From NCBI GenBank assembly GCA_964460695.1, contig CAYWSC010000001.1, forward strand, positions 1 through 34,960: a stretch of 34,960 bases of DNA, in the 5' to 3' direction. This document shows positions 1 through 8,971 of this stretch, piece by piece (positions within the stretch are counted from its first letter, which is position 1; each line of letters begins with the position of its first letter). A program made the translations under genes and the position numbers. Below the pieces are notes generated by a model that saw nothing but the letters and a program-made list of their open reading frames with translations, did not search any database and had not been told where the DNA came from. This DNA comes from Candidatus Hadarchaeota archaeon. Its GTDB lineage: Archaea > CAYQAE01 > CAYVLA01.

Positions 1-1
1 T

Positions 2-1420
2 GGCAACGTGGAGCCCACCACGCCGTCCCCCATTTCAAGTGGCTGGTGGAGGAACATGATCGAGGCCGCAGCGGTTCACATAGCCAACCTGTCGCTCCGC
101 TACCCGATCTGGGGGATCATATGGGACGTAGAGCTCTACGATCACAAGGCGTTCAAGCACAAGTACTACAGCTTCGACGACGAGGCGCTACAGGGATTTG
201 CAGAGGACACCGGATACGAAATACCGAGGTTGGAGCCGAGTCAGAGGCGAGACTGGCTCAGGGACCACGGGCTATTGGAGGAGTTCCAGAGATGGGAGCA
301 GAACCGGGCCTACCAACTCGCCAAGGAGGTCGCCGACAAGGTCCACGCCATCAACCCGAAGCTCGTCCTGGGTTTCTTCCCCCTGGAGGATGTCTGGTTC
401 CACTGGGCAGTCCTCAAGGGATTCGGAACCTCCGAGGCGCCAGCGGGCGCTTGGACCGGCTGGCAGACCTATGGTGGATGCAGCGAGGAGATGGCTACGT
501 CTTTCAAGGAGAGGATCCGGGAAAAGGGCATCCATGCGGACTTCGTGGTTGGTCTAGCCGGGGCGGATCTTGCTCCATTTGAGGAAAGTGTGCGGAACAG
601 CGAGGCCGTGTGGATCTATCCCTTCGGAGAGGTCTCTCCAGGGCTGCAGACGAGGATTAGCATTGTGAGGCGATACCTGTACTTTAATCGGACTCATCTG
701 AATCGCCTTGAGGTATTCAGCGTTGGCCCAGATGTCTCTGCTAGACCCTACGGGGGACCTGCTGGGATCGTATCGATGATTCTCGCCCCCTACGAGGGGG
801 GAAAGACCCTGAACCCGTCTATCAATTTCACGACTGACGGAAGCGTGGTTCTAGTCTGTCAGGACAACTTAGCTCCGGTCATTATTAGCGGCCCGAGTAT
901 ATCGGTTAGAAGCGAGGATCTCCCGTGCCTCATCTATGGGTTAAAAGACGAGGATCTAACGCGGATGAAGGTTGAGTTCACGAGAAGGGAGCTCACCGAT
1001 CTGCAGAGGTACTATTCCTCGGCGGGACTCGGAGACCTGACTGAGGTGCTCTCGGCATTGGACTTTGCAGCTGGGAAAGCAGACACCGATCCAGAGGTTG
1101 CCTCGAGGCTCATACAGGCAAGAGAGGCGGCGTACGATGAAGCGGCAAGCGTCCTCTCGACAGTCTTGCAACAGCCAGGCAACCTAACGGTTCCCCCCGC
1201 CGCGAAAACCAAACTTTGGCTTGGATCTCTGATGATGTCGAAGAACAGGACGGGTCAAGGCCGGATGTACTTGTATGATGGCCTGAGGACTTGGTACTCC
1301 GTGGAAGAGGTGCTTCCATATTCTCCCATACTTGTTAGCGTGCTCGCCGCTCTTCTGATCCTCGTATGCTCTTCTCCGAAGAGGGCGGGGGACCGCGGCC
1401 CTGGCTTTCCAAGGCGTTGA
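2..1420 (+). CDS. 5'-truncated exported protein (runs off the window); paralog of 1612..3369; possible GHL10-like glycoside-hydrolase-like TIM barrel; C-terminal TM anchor
   Basis: The frame is open back to base 2. Its first residues, GNVEPTTPSPISSGWWRNMIEA, align to GNKMDTQPSPVSEDWWREMMEA about 120 residues into the downstream paralog, so the 5' end lies outside the window. It ends with a hydrophobic helix (ILVSVLAALLILVC) followed by basic residues. The function is inferred from motif pattern only. Confidence 0.8.
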   Translation, partial: GNVEPTTPSPISSGWWRNMIEAAAVHIANLSLRYPIWGIIWDVELYDHKAFKHKYYSFDDEALQGFAEDTGYEIPRLEPSQRRDWLRDHGLLEEFQRWEQNRAYQLAKEVADKVHAINPKLVLGFFPLEDVWFHWAVLKGFGTSEAPAGAWTGWQTYGGCSEEMATSFKERIREKGIHADFVVGLAGADLAPFEESVRNSEAVWIYPFGEVSPGLQTRISIVRRYLYFNRTHLNRLEVFSVGPDVSARPYGGPAGIVSMILAPYEGGKTLNPSINFTTDGSVVLVCQDNLAPVIISGPSISVRSEDLPCLIYGLKDEDLTRMKVEFTRRELTDLQRYYSSAGLGDLTEVLSALDFAAGKADTDPEVASRLIQAREAAYDEAASVLSTVLQQPGNLTVPPAAKTKLWLGSLMMSKNRTGQGRMYLYDGLRTWYSVEEVLPYSPILVSVLAALLILVCSSPKRAGDRGPGFPRR

Positions 1421-1579
1421 GATCTCGCTGGACTATCGGGTGACCCTGTGTGGGAAGCGCGGCGAAAGGACATATGTTGGGGATGAGTACCGTGGGGCAT
1501 CTCGAGATGGAGCCGCTTACAGAATTCCCAACCGCTCGTTCTTAGCCGGGGACGACCCCTAGGCTCTAGGCTCCCGAAG

Positions 1580-1588
1580 ATTTAAAAG
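1580..1588 (+). promoter_or_regulatory. TATA-like box (ATTTAAAAG) about 28 nt upstream of ATG 1612
   Basis: A/T-rich box in otherwise GC-rich intergenic DNA. The same box-to-start spacing recurs at several other genes in the window. Confidence 0.5.
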
Positions 1589-1611
1589 TGCCGGTTGATG
1601 GGGGGCGGGCT

Positions 1612-3369
1612 ATGGCCGGTCTTACGCTCCGCGTTTCAGCGTCGGTGATGATAGTTCTATCTCTGGCGTGTGTCGTGTACTCTCAGCAGCTTCCATTTTC
1701 CATGGTCTACTATCCTGCTGGATGGGGTTTTTGGCAGCCTTCTAACATGTCTGGTTTTAGGCAGATAGGGTTCGACGCATTCTACTACAATGGCTACTGG
1801 GAGTGGGACAACCCCGATGCGATCAAGCGTTGGGTCGTTCCGTTCAGCGTCGCCTGCGCAGAGAACAATATGACCTTCATTGCAGGATTGTACTGGTACT
1901 GGTGCAGGGGGGAGGAGTTCGACTACTCAAGGGCGGTCGATCAGTTCGGAAACAAAATGGATACCCAACCTTCCCCTGTATCCGAGGACTGGTGGAGAGA
2001 GATGATGGAGGCTCCCGCCGTCTATCTGGCGAACCTCTCCCTCTTTTACCCCATCTGGGGAGTAGTCTGGGATACGGAGGATTACAGCAGGTCTGTGGGA
2101 GGCGTATGGGTGGACTTCTTCCAGCGGGGGATGTACTCCTTCGACGACGAAGCGATGGAAGGCTATGCCAGGGACACCGGAAGAACTATTCCGGATCTCC
2201 CCCTGGGAAGGCGGAGGGACTGGCTGAGATCCAACGGGTTGCTTGAGGAATTTCGGGAGTGGGAGGCGAATAGGACCTACCAGCTGGCCAAGCGGGTGGC
2301 GGACAGGGTATACGAGATTAACCCCGAATTCAACCTCGGCCTGTTCCCAATAGAGGAGGATTGGTGGCTTTTGGCCATTCTCAAGGGCTTCAGCACCCAC
2401 AAGCCGGTTGGTGCGTGGACCGGCGCGTCCTCGGGTGCAGACACCTATCAAGGCATAAGCAGGGGGCTCGCTGAGAGCCTCAGAGCTATGCTAGAGGAAA
2501 GGAATATCAGTGCTACCCTAGTCGCCGGCGTCGGGGGGTGGATACGCATCTCAAAGAAGGAAACCGCGGTCCGCTTCTGCGACGCCACATGGTTCTACGG
2601 GACCATACCCAAGTGGGCGGAGGATGAGATCAGGGTTGTTCGGCAGTACATCTATTTCAACCAGACACATGCGAACATGCTGCCCAGCATCAATTTCGGG
2701 CCAGAGTTCTACGCTGATCCGTATCTCTCTCCGGACGGAAAGGTCTCGATGGTGATCGGATCGTACAACTCGGCCGGCAAGCGTGAGGAGATCAAGCTGC
2801 TAACGCCCAGCGACATTATCTATTTTCCAGATGACTACGGGACGAACAGGAACGCCTCCACGGTTCGACTCGAAGGTCCGAATCCGAGATTATCCCCCGA
2901 GAGAATTCCGTGTCTGCTCTACGGGATGAGCGAGGAGGACCTGCTAAGGACAGGCATCTGGTATTTGACGAACGAGCTTTCGAACCTTTCGCTCTTCTAC
3001 TCGAGCATAGGTCTGGGAAGGCTGCCGCAAGTTGAGAGGGCACTGAACTACGCATCCACCAATGCGACGACAGACCCACAATCCACACTCCAAATACTCC
3101 TAGACACGAGGGGAGAAGCATATCGAGAGATCCTAGAGGCGATAAACTGGGTTATGGAAGAGCCTGGAAATCTATCGATCCCTACGGGGGCTAGAGGGAA
3201 GGCTTGGCTGGCAGGTCTGTTTATCTCTAAGGGACAGGAGGGGCTCGGACAATCATATATCTACAGCAGTCTTGAGGCCTGGTACGTCGTGGTGGATGGT
3301 ATCCCTCTCACCGGCCTGCTAGTGCTCTTACTCGGCGTTCTGAGAAGAAGAGGCAAAGGTCGTTATTGA
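1612..3369 (+). CDS. Exported, C-terminally anchored protein; possible GHL10-like glycoside-hydrolase-like domain
   Basis: 585-aa ORF. ATG 1612 was chosen over GTG 1588 because the TATA-like box overlaps 1588. N-terminal signal peptide MAGLTLRVSASVMIVLSLACVVYS. Colinear with 2..1420 (PIWGVVWDTEDY, YSFDDEAMEGYARDTG, WLRSNGLLEEFREWE). C-terminal helix LTGLLVLLLGVL followed by RRRGKGRY. Confidence 0.85.
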   Translation: MAGLTLRVSASVMIVLSLACVVYSQQLPFSMVYYPAGWGFWQPSNMSGFRQIGFDAFYYNGYWEWDNPDAIKRWVVPFSVACAENNMTFIAGLYWYWCRGEEFDYSRAVDQFGNKMDTQPSPVSEDWWREMMEAPAVYLANLSLFYPIWGVVWDTEDYSRSVGGVWVDFFQRGMYSFDDEAMEGYARDTGRTIPDLPLGRRRDWLRSNGLLEEFREWEANRTYQLAKRVADRVYEINPEFNLGLFPIEEDWWLLAILKGFSTHKPVGAWTGASSGADTYQGISRGLAESLRAMLEERNISATLVAGVGGWIRISKKETAVRFCDATWFYGTIPKWAEDEIRVVRQYIYFNQTHANMLPSINFGPEFYADPYLSPDGKVSMVIGSYNSAGKREEIKLLTPSDIIYFPDDYGTNRNASTVRLEGPNPRLSPERIPCLLYGMSEEDLLRTGIWYLTNELSNLSLFYSSIGLGRLPQVERALNYASTNATTDPQSTLQILLDTRGEAYREILEAINWVMEEPGNLSIPTGARGKAWLAGLFISKGQEGLGQSYIYSSLEAWYVVVDGIPLTGLLVLLLGVLRRRGKGRY

Positions 3370-3392
3370 AGGCCGGAGCCGAGGTGACAGCT

Positions 3393-4622
3393 TTACATGC
3401 TCCGCCTCTTCGACGCGGCTCTCGTGAGTGCCACTTGGCGGTACATCCTCTTCTTCACCATGAGGCTGTAGAGGATGGAGCCGGAAAGGAGCGAGGTTCC
3501 GCTCACGGCTAGCCACTCGATGAGATAGACCCAGAGCAGTGCCCTATCCTTCAGCCTAAGTGCTTTCTCCTCCGCCTGTTCGTACTCGCTAATGATCTCG
3601 TCGTAGGCCGCCGCACATCCCTCATAGTCGCCTTGGATGTACTTGTTCTCGGCTGCTTTTCGCTTCTCGTCGATGAGCGCGACTTCGGCTGCCAGGGACC
3701 GCGTCTTCGCACCGAACATCTCTGCGAATTCTAGGACCGAGAAGACCATGGATCTAACCTCATCCGACCTTGTTATGAGGGACCTGGCTTTTCTCACGAG
3801 CTCGAGGTCCTTGGGGATCTCGTGGCGCGTGGTGGCAAATACTAGGTTGTATGCATAGTCCTGTAGGTATCTCCATCCGCTAGTCGTTTCTGCGGGGATG
3901 TTGTCCCATCCGTGGCCTATCTGGATGATGGCACCATTCCCAGGCGTAGAGAAGGTGACGCAATCGTAGTTTGTGCCTCTCCATCGGGCGAGAACCTTGC
4001 TCCCGGGTCTTGCCTGCATAGCTCCGTGATGGCCTATGTTCATTGGGTAGGTTTCGATACCCGGTAGGTCTAGCACGTCGCTTTCGGCAATGAGCTGGTA
4101 GTAGTTGTCCATGCCCCTTGGGATCTCTTGGCCGAAGGTGATGTCGGCAGGCACTATGTCGTAGAAGGGAGAGATCATCCAGAGGTCTATTCTGTTGCCG
4201 TTTCCAAACCAGTAGACGAACTCAACAAGGATCGCTCCGAGTCCCTCGTCCACTACGGCTTTCTTGAGATCTGTCGTGAAGCCGGGCGCAAGGACCTCGG
4301 GATTCAAATCCTCAAGGAGTATGCAGTCGAACTGGCTGACGAGCTGGTCATAAGTACGGGGCATGTACATCCTGACCTGCCTCCTCGCATCTCTTAGGGG
4401 CATGTCTTGGGTTGAACAAGGCACGATGTCGATGTCTATCCTCGGCTCGAGTCTATACCAGTCGGCAAAGAGATTGACGTTCGCGTGCAACTCCCCGGTG
4501 AAGAGGAGTCGGATCTTTCCCGTCTCTGGATCGTGCCGTGGCTCGGACGCGGTCACCAGGGGCAGTAGGACAGACACCATCATTACCAGGAGCAGTCCAG
4601 TTTGGGTTCTTGCTGGTCTCAC
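3393..4622 (-). CDS. Family F member F1 (subtype with F3): signal peptide, ThuA/GATase1-like ectodomain, helical stalk, conserved C-terminal TM helix and basic tail; function unknown
   Basis: 409-aa ORF with GTG start. Signal peptide ending LVTA/SE. Blocks DPETGKIRLLFTGE, RMYMPRTYDQL..DCILLED, LEFAEMFGAKT. C-terminus DRALLWVYLIEWLAVSGTSLLSGSILYSLMVKKRMYRQVALTR. Confidence 0.9.
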   Translation of the reverse strand: MRPARTQTGLLLVMMVSVLLPLVTASEPRHDPETGKIRLLFTGELHANVNLFADWYRLEPRIDIDIVPCSTQDMPLRDARRQVRMYMPRTYDQLVSQFDCILLEDLNPEVLAPGFTTDLKKAVVDEGLGAILVEFVYWFGNGNRIDLWMISPFYDIVPADITFGQEIPRGMDNYYQLIAESDVLDLPGIETYPMNIGHHGAMQARPGSKVLARWRGTNYDCVTFSTPGNGAIIQIGHGWDNIPAETTSGWRYLQDYAYNLVFATTRHEIPKDLELVRKARSLITRSDEVRSMVFSVLEFAEMFGAKTRSLAAEVALIDEKRKAAENKYIQGDYEGCAAAYDEIISEYEQAEEKALRLKDRALLWVYLIEWLAVSGTSLLSGSILYSLMVKKRMYRQVALTRAASKRRSM

Positions 4623-4645
4623 GGCTCACCGCGCCCCTGTCCCCT

Positions 4646-4654
4646 TGTTAAATC
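4646..4654 (-). promoter_or_regulatory. TATA-like box (GATTTAACA on the minus strand) about 28 nt upstream of the F1 start at 4622
   Basis: Only A/T-rich patch in the 138-nt F2-F1 spacer. The spacing matches the other candidate boxes. Confidence 0.45.
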
Positions 4655-4760
4655 TTCAGTATGAACATAGACATCGCGCCTCGAACGTCGTGATGACGGA
4701 GGTCGCTGGCAAGTGGTCGCCTCTCTTGCTTTGAAGGACCCTCATCCTTTCGAAACTCGC

Positions 4761-6002
4761 CTACAGCCTCCTTCCCTTGCCTCTCGTCACGTAGACCTGC
4801 CTGTACAGGCGTCTCCTGACCATGAGGCTGTACAAGATGGTTCCCGTTATGAGGCATGTGGCCGTGACCACGAGGTACTCTATGACGTATACCCAGAAAA
4901 GCGCCCTATCTCTGAGCTTGACCGACTCGTCGGCCAGATCCTGCGCCCTGCTGATTACCTCATCCATCATTTCGACGGCAGACTGGAAGTCCTGGGCAAT
5001 GTAGAGCCGCTCGGCCTCCCTTCGCTTCGCCTCATTGTCCCCGATCTCTTTGGTGAGGGTCCGGGTGTTAGCATTGAATTTTTCGACGAAGTCTATTGTG
5101 GCCATTAAGAGCCGCTTCTGATCCTCGTATTTGGCTATCTGGGTCTTGAAGATGTGTCTAAGCTTGTGTTCGGCGGGCACGCGCACCCCAGCGACGTAAA
5201 GCACCAGGTTGCTCGCGAAGTCTCCGTAGTACTCCCATTTCATGAAGTACACACCGCCCCCGGGTGTCCAATCCGCCCCCATTGCGAAGGTTCTGCCATT
5301 TCCCTGTAGCCATGTTGCAAGGAAAGGATTCTCCAGGTTTCCGGCCTTCAAGACGGCGAGAAGTTCAGCGCCGTCCTTTAGAATAAGGTCGTTGAACCTA
5401 TCGAACCCGTTCATGGGGGGGACAAGCGTTTCCCAGGGCAGGCTTTGGATGAACTCGTTATCCCACTTCTTTATCTCGACAACGCCGAAAGCAGGATTGA
5501 AGCTCTGGTAGATTCCCTCCACAGGCAGGATCTTCGCCACAGATGTACCTATCCAAGCGGGTCTACCTGGCTCGGCTCCAAAGCTCTCAACTCCGCCTAT
5601 CATGGCTAGGCCCAATCCATCCTTGACGACTGCATCCTCGAACCATTGGAAGTGCCTAGGCTCGAAGAGACGGACACCGGCATCGCTGAAGAGGATGACA
5701 TCGTTGTTTCGAGACATCTCCTCGTAGGATCGGGGCATGTATATCCTCATGAACTTCCTAATGAACTTCTCTTGATACCATGCCAGAGTCGCCGGGACCC
5801 CGCGAACAGAGATCAGGGGCTCTTGCTCGAGTAGTCGAGCAGGCGTGTCGGCGCCGACGTAGTCCCCTATGTAGAGGAGGCGGACCTTTCCAGTGGCAGG
5901 GTCTCTCCTCGGCTCCCTAGCCACCGCTGGAACAGACAGCAGTAGAACAGATAGCAGTAGAATTGCGACCACTATCAGTGAGAATTGTATCGACCGGCTC
6001 AT
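4761..6002 (-). CDS. Family F member F2 (subtype with the interrupted F6)
   Basis: The ORF extends to 6074, but ATG 6002 gives MSRSIQFSLIVVAILLLSVLLLSVPAVA/REPRRDPATGKVRLLYIGD, matching the paralog N-termini, and lies 28 nt below a TTTTTAAA box. Blocks RIYMPRSYEEM..DVILFSD, IDFVEKFNANT, DRALFWVYVIEYLVVTATCLITGTILYSLMVRRRLYRQVYVTR. Confidence 0.88.
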   Translation of the reverse strand: MSRSIQFSLIVVAILLLSVLLLSVPAVAREPRRDPATGKVRLLYIGDYVGADTPARLLEQEPLISVRGVPATLAWYQEKFIRKFMRIYMPRSYEEMSRNNDVILFSDAGVRLFEPRHFQWFEDAVVKDGLGLAMIGGVESFGAEPGRPAWIGTSVAKILPVEGIYQSFNPAFGVVEIKKWDNEFIQSLPWETLVPPMNGFDRFNDLILKDGAELLAVLKAGNLENPFLATWLQGNGRTFAMGADWTPGGGVYFMKWEYYGDFASNLVLYVAGVRVPAEHKLRHIFKTQIAKYEDQKRLLMATIDFVEKFNANTRTLTKEIGDNEAKRREAERLYIAQDFQSAVEMMDEVISRAQDLADESVKLRDRALFWVYVIEYLVVTATCLITGTILYSLMVRRRLYRQVYVTRGKGRRL

Positions 6003-6026
6003 TGCGCTCTTCCAAGCCGGTTTCGG

Positions 6027-6034
6027 TTTAAAAA
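6027..6034 (-). promoter_or_regulatory. TATA-like box (TTTTTAAA on the minus strand) about 28 nt upstream of ATG 6002
   Basis: Read directly from the sequence. It lies inside the upstream extension of the tracked ORF, which argues for the shorter start. Confidence 0.5.
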
Positions 6035-6249
6035 GTGTTCCCATCTCCGTCGCTCGTACGGGAGGATTGACCACCTACGATCATTCTATCCGGCGACAAG
6101 GCCTGTTAACGCGGGAGAGGTGTATCGGAAGGGTGTAGTAATACTCGCTGCCCCGCCGAACAAGCTCGTCGCTTCTACTCTCGTGGTTCGTACAGTGTAC
6201 AATCTAGATCTACAAAGTGGAAGTAGGGTGCACAATGCCAAGAGGAAAC

Positions 6250-6258
6250 CTTTAAGAG
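6250..6258 (+). promoter_or_regulatory. Possible TATA-like box (CTTTAAGAG) upstream of the double-propeller gene
   Basis: About 50 nt upstream of ATG 6306, which is preceded by GAGGAGGT (6294-6301). This implies a leadered, SD-dependent transcript. Confidence 0.3.
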
Positions 6259-6305
6259 AAGGTTTGTTCCGTGCTGGAAACACCTACTCGGAGCGAGGAG
6301 GTAGA

Positions 6306-8921
6306 ATGAAAGTGAGGGGCAGAGTATTACGTAGCATTCCGACCGGGATCGTGCTCGTAGCATTTCTGGTCGGACTGGGAGCGCTTGTACCAGCGGTTGC
6401 AGCGGAACTTCAGCCGCTCTGGACGACGAATATCGGTGGGAGAATAGAGGCCCAGCCGGTAGTGGCCGAGATAACGGGCGACGGGTATCCCGACGTCGTA
6501 GTGGGATGCCGGGAGACTGGCGCTGTCTCGGCGCTGGACGGCAAGACAGGTCAGATAGTCTGGGAGTTCAATGCTGGCTACCAGATAGTCAGGAATCTCG
6601 CAGTAGGCGACATAAACGCCGACGGCAAGACGGAGGTCGTTTTCAATACACGAAACGGGACCCTTTGGGTACTCGACAATGCCGGCAAACTGATATGGCG
6701 AAAGGATCTCAGCGGGGGTGGAGAGCTGTACTGCGCGCCCACCATAGCTGACATCAATGGCGATGGCAAACTAGAGGTTCTATTGGGCTCGAAGGGGCTG
6801 AAGAAGTTCTTCGCGTTTGATGCGGATGGTAATGAGCTTTGGGAGGCTCCTATCGGAGCTATCGGTGACAACACCGCCGCTGTTGCGGATATCGATGGCG
6901 ACGGTCAACCGGAAGTGGTGATGACTTCGGAGGACGAGGTCCTCTATGCCGTGTACGCGTGGGAAGCGGACGGTACGCCGCTGTGGGTCGCACAGGTGGA
7001 GCCTGGCGACAGACTGAACGCGGCCGTTTCGATAGCGGACGTGGATGCCGACGGCAAGCTGGACATTGTAGTCGGCGGTGCCTACGAGGGACGTGTCTAC
7101 TGCCTGAATGCCGCAGACGGAAGCAGGAAATGGATGTTCGACTCCGGCGAGCCTGTCAGAGTGAGCAAAGCAGTGGTCGGCGACCTGAACGGCGACGGCA
7201 AATTCGACACGGTCTTCACACTCCGCAGAACGGGGATAGTAATTGCTGTCGACTACAAGGGCCAGGAGCTTTGGCGCGCCAACTTGACTGGTGAGGTCCT
7301 CCACAACTTCCAGCCAGAGGTTCCTGCGCTGGCGGATGTAACGGGTGATGGAAATCCCGACGTGGTGATTGGCGGATCTGACGGGAAGATCTATGCGTTG
7401 AAGGGTAGCGACGGAAGCATCGCGTGGACGTACCAAGCGATCAATTCAGGAAGATTCGGAGGAAATCAGCCCGTCATCGTTGATCTGGACGGCGACAAAG
7501 TGGCTGAGCTTCTTTACGGTGACGAGAGGGGAAACGTGAGCCTGCTGTCGACGAGCGGTTTGTATGTGGATGACTACACATCACCGTGGCCATACAGAGG
7601 AAGGACATTCGACAATGTGAACTACCTGTCGCGGAGGATGCCTCAGTGGACTGTTAATGTTGGTGGTAGGATTGAGTCTCCGCCGGTTGCGGCTGATCTG
7701 GATGGTGATGGTGTCAGTGAGGTTGTCGTTGGTTCTAGGGAGACTGGGAAGCTGTATGCGATAGATCTCAGTGGTAATATTCTCTGGGAGTTTGATGCTG
7801 GGGCGCAGATTATCAGGAATCCTGCGATCGGTGATATCAATGGTGATGGTAAGCTGGAGATCGTCTTCAATGCTAGGAACGGGACTATGCGCGTGCTGGA
7901 TAATACTGGTAAGCTGCTTTGGTCTAAGGATCTGAGTGGCGGCGGCGAGTTGTACTGTGCACCTGCGATTGCGGATGTCAATGGTGACGGCAAGCTGGAG
8001 ATCCTGGTGGGCTCGAAGGGGCTGAAGAAGTTCTTCGCGTTTGATGCGGATGGTAATGAGCTTTGGGAGGCTCCTATCGGGTCTATTGGTGAGAATACTG
8101 CTGCTGTTGCGGATATTGACGGTGATGGTCAGTTGGATGTGGTGATGACTTCGGAGGACGAGGTTCTGTATGCCATCTATGCTTGGAAGGGTGATGGTAC
8201 GCCTCTCTGGGTGAGTCAGGTCGAGCAGGGTGATCGGTTTAATGCGGCGCCTTCTATAGCGGATATCGACGGCGACGGCTATCTGGACATCGTGGCCGGA
8301 GGAGCATACCAGGGACGCCTGTATTGTGTCGACGATACTGGTACTCGTAAGTGGGTCTTTGATACTGGTGAGCGTGTCAGGGTGAGTAAGGCTGCTTTGG
8401 GCGATTTGAACGGTGATGGCAAGCTTGAGTCGGTGTTTACGTTGAGGAGGACGGGTAAGGTCTATGCCGTTGATTATAAGGGTGATGTGGTGTGGACCGC
8501 CGATCTTACTGGTGAGGTTTTGCATGGGTTCTTGCCTGAGGATCCGATCATTGCGGATGCTACTGGTGACGGTAAGCCTGATGTGATTTTGGGTGGGTCT
8601 AATGGCAGGATTTATGTCCTTAATGGTGAGGATGGTAGTCTTGCTTGGACCTACCAGGCTGTGAATGCGGGGAGGTTTACGTTTAACCAGCCGGTGATCG
8701 TTGATCTGAATGGTGACCATGTGGCAGAGATGCTGTATGGTGACGAGCGGGGCAATGTTTCCTTGTTGGATACGCCGGGTCTCTACGTTGACTACACGAC
8801 TACTCCATGGCCGCTCAAGTACAGAACCATCCAGAACACAAACTTCTACGGGATACCAGAGACTATCTTCGCAGCGCTCTCACTGATATCCTTGGCTTAT
8901 CTGAGGAGACTGAAGAGGTAG
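6306..8921 (+). CDS. Exported double beta-propeller protein with FG-GAP/VCBS-type DxDGDG calcium loops and PQQ/BamB-like blades; C-terminal TM anchor
   Basis: ATG 6306 follows GGAGGAGGT. Signal peptide MKVRGRVLRSIPTGIVLVAFLVGLGALVPAVAA. Sixteen D-x-[DN]-[GA]-D-[GK] loops (e.g. ITGDGYPDVVVG, INGDGKLEVLLG, IDGDGQPEVVM) alternate with G-x-x-x-W strands. The C-terminus is FAALSLISLAYL followed by RRLKR. Confidence 0.9.
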   Translation: MKVRGRVLRSIPTGIVLVAFLVGLGALVPAVAAELQPLWTTNIGGRIEAQPVVAEITGDGYPDVVVGCRETGAVSALDGKTGQIVWEFNAGYQIVRNLAVGDINADGKTEVVFNTRNGTLWVLDNAGKLIWRKDLSGGGELYCAPTIADINGDGKLEVLLGSKGLKKFFAFDADGNELWEAPIGAIGDNTAAVADIDGDGQPEVVMTSEDEVLYAVYAWEADGTPLWVAQVEPGDRLNAAVSIADVDADGKLDIVVGGAYEGRVYCLNAADGSRKWMFDSGEPVRVSKAVVGDLNGDGKFDTVFTLRRTGIVIAVDYKGQELWRANLTGEVLHNFQPEVPALADVTGDGNPDVVIGGSDGKIYALKGSDGSIAWTYQAINSGRFGGNQPVIVDLDGDKVAELLYGDERGNVSLLSTSGLYVDDYTSPWPYRGRTFDNVNYLSRRMPQWTVNVGGRIESPPVAADLDGDGVSEVVVGSRETGKLYAIDLSGNILWEFDAGAQIIRNPAIGDINGDGKLEIVFNARNGTMRVLDNTGKLLWSKDLSGGGELYCAPAIADVNGDGKLEILVGSKGLKKFFAFDADGNELWEAPIGSIGENTAAVADIDGDGQLDVVMTSEDEVLYAIYAWKGDGTPLWVSQVEQGDRFNAAPSIADIDGDGYLDIVAGGAYQGRLYCVDDTGTRKWVFDTGERVRVSKAALGDLNGDGKLESVFTLRRTGKVYAVDYKGDVVWTADLTGEVLHGFLPEDPIIADATGDGKPDVILGGSNGRIYVLNGEDGSLAWTYQAVNAGRFTFNQPVIVDLNGDHVAEMLYGDERGNVSLLDTPGLYVDYTTTPWPLKYRTIQNTNFYGIPETIFAALSLISLAYLRRLKR
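6415..8862 (+). repeat. Intragenic tandem duplication: two 1224-nt (408-codon) units, about 6415-7638 and 7639-8862
   Basis: The protein halves are colinear along their whole length. Exact nucleotide identity occurs at 6784-6856 = 8008-8080 (73 nt) and 6915-6940 = 8139-8164 (26 nt), both at offset 1224. Elsewhere the two units differ mainly at third codon positions. Confidence 0.9.
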
Positions 8922-8934
8922 GGCCCACCCTACC

Positions 8935-8947
8935 TTTTCCTTTTTTT
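8935..8947 (+). terminator. Oligo-T tract (TTTTCCTTTTTTT) 14 nt after the propeller gene stop
   Basis: Archaeal RNA polymerase terminates at oligo-T runs, and this is the longest T run in the window. It also sits about 28 nt before ATG 8972, so a promoter role cannot be excluded. Confidence 0.4.
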
Positions 8948-8971
8948 CGCTCCGAGGATGGGAGGATCGGA

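Noticed and set aside
5985-6305. 107-codon N-terminal extension of the propeller ORF
   Set aside because: It overlaps the F2 start and its TATA box on the other strand and has no signal-like or conserved features. ATG 6306 is preceded by GGAGGAGGT and is followed immediately by a signal peptide.
7581-8720. 379-aa minus-strand ORF, with related ORFs at 6780..7436 and 7643..7993, antisense to the double-propeller gene
   Set aside because: These are shadow frames. The plus-strand repeats of GAT/GGT/GAC/GGC codons leave the antisense frame stop-free. The translations are low-complexity (runs of I/T/R/L/P). The plus frame shows clear repeat and propeller logic, a signal peptide and a TM anchor.
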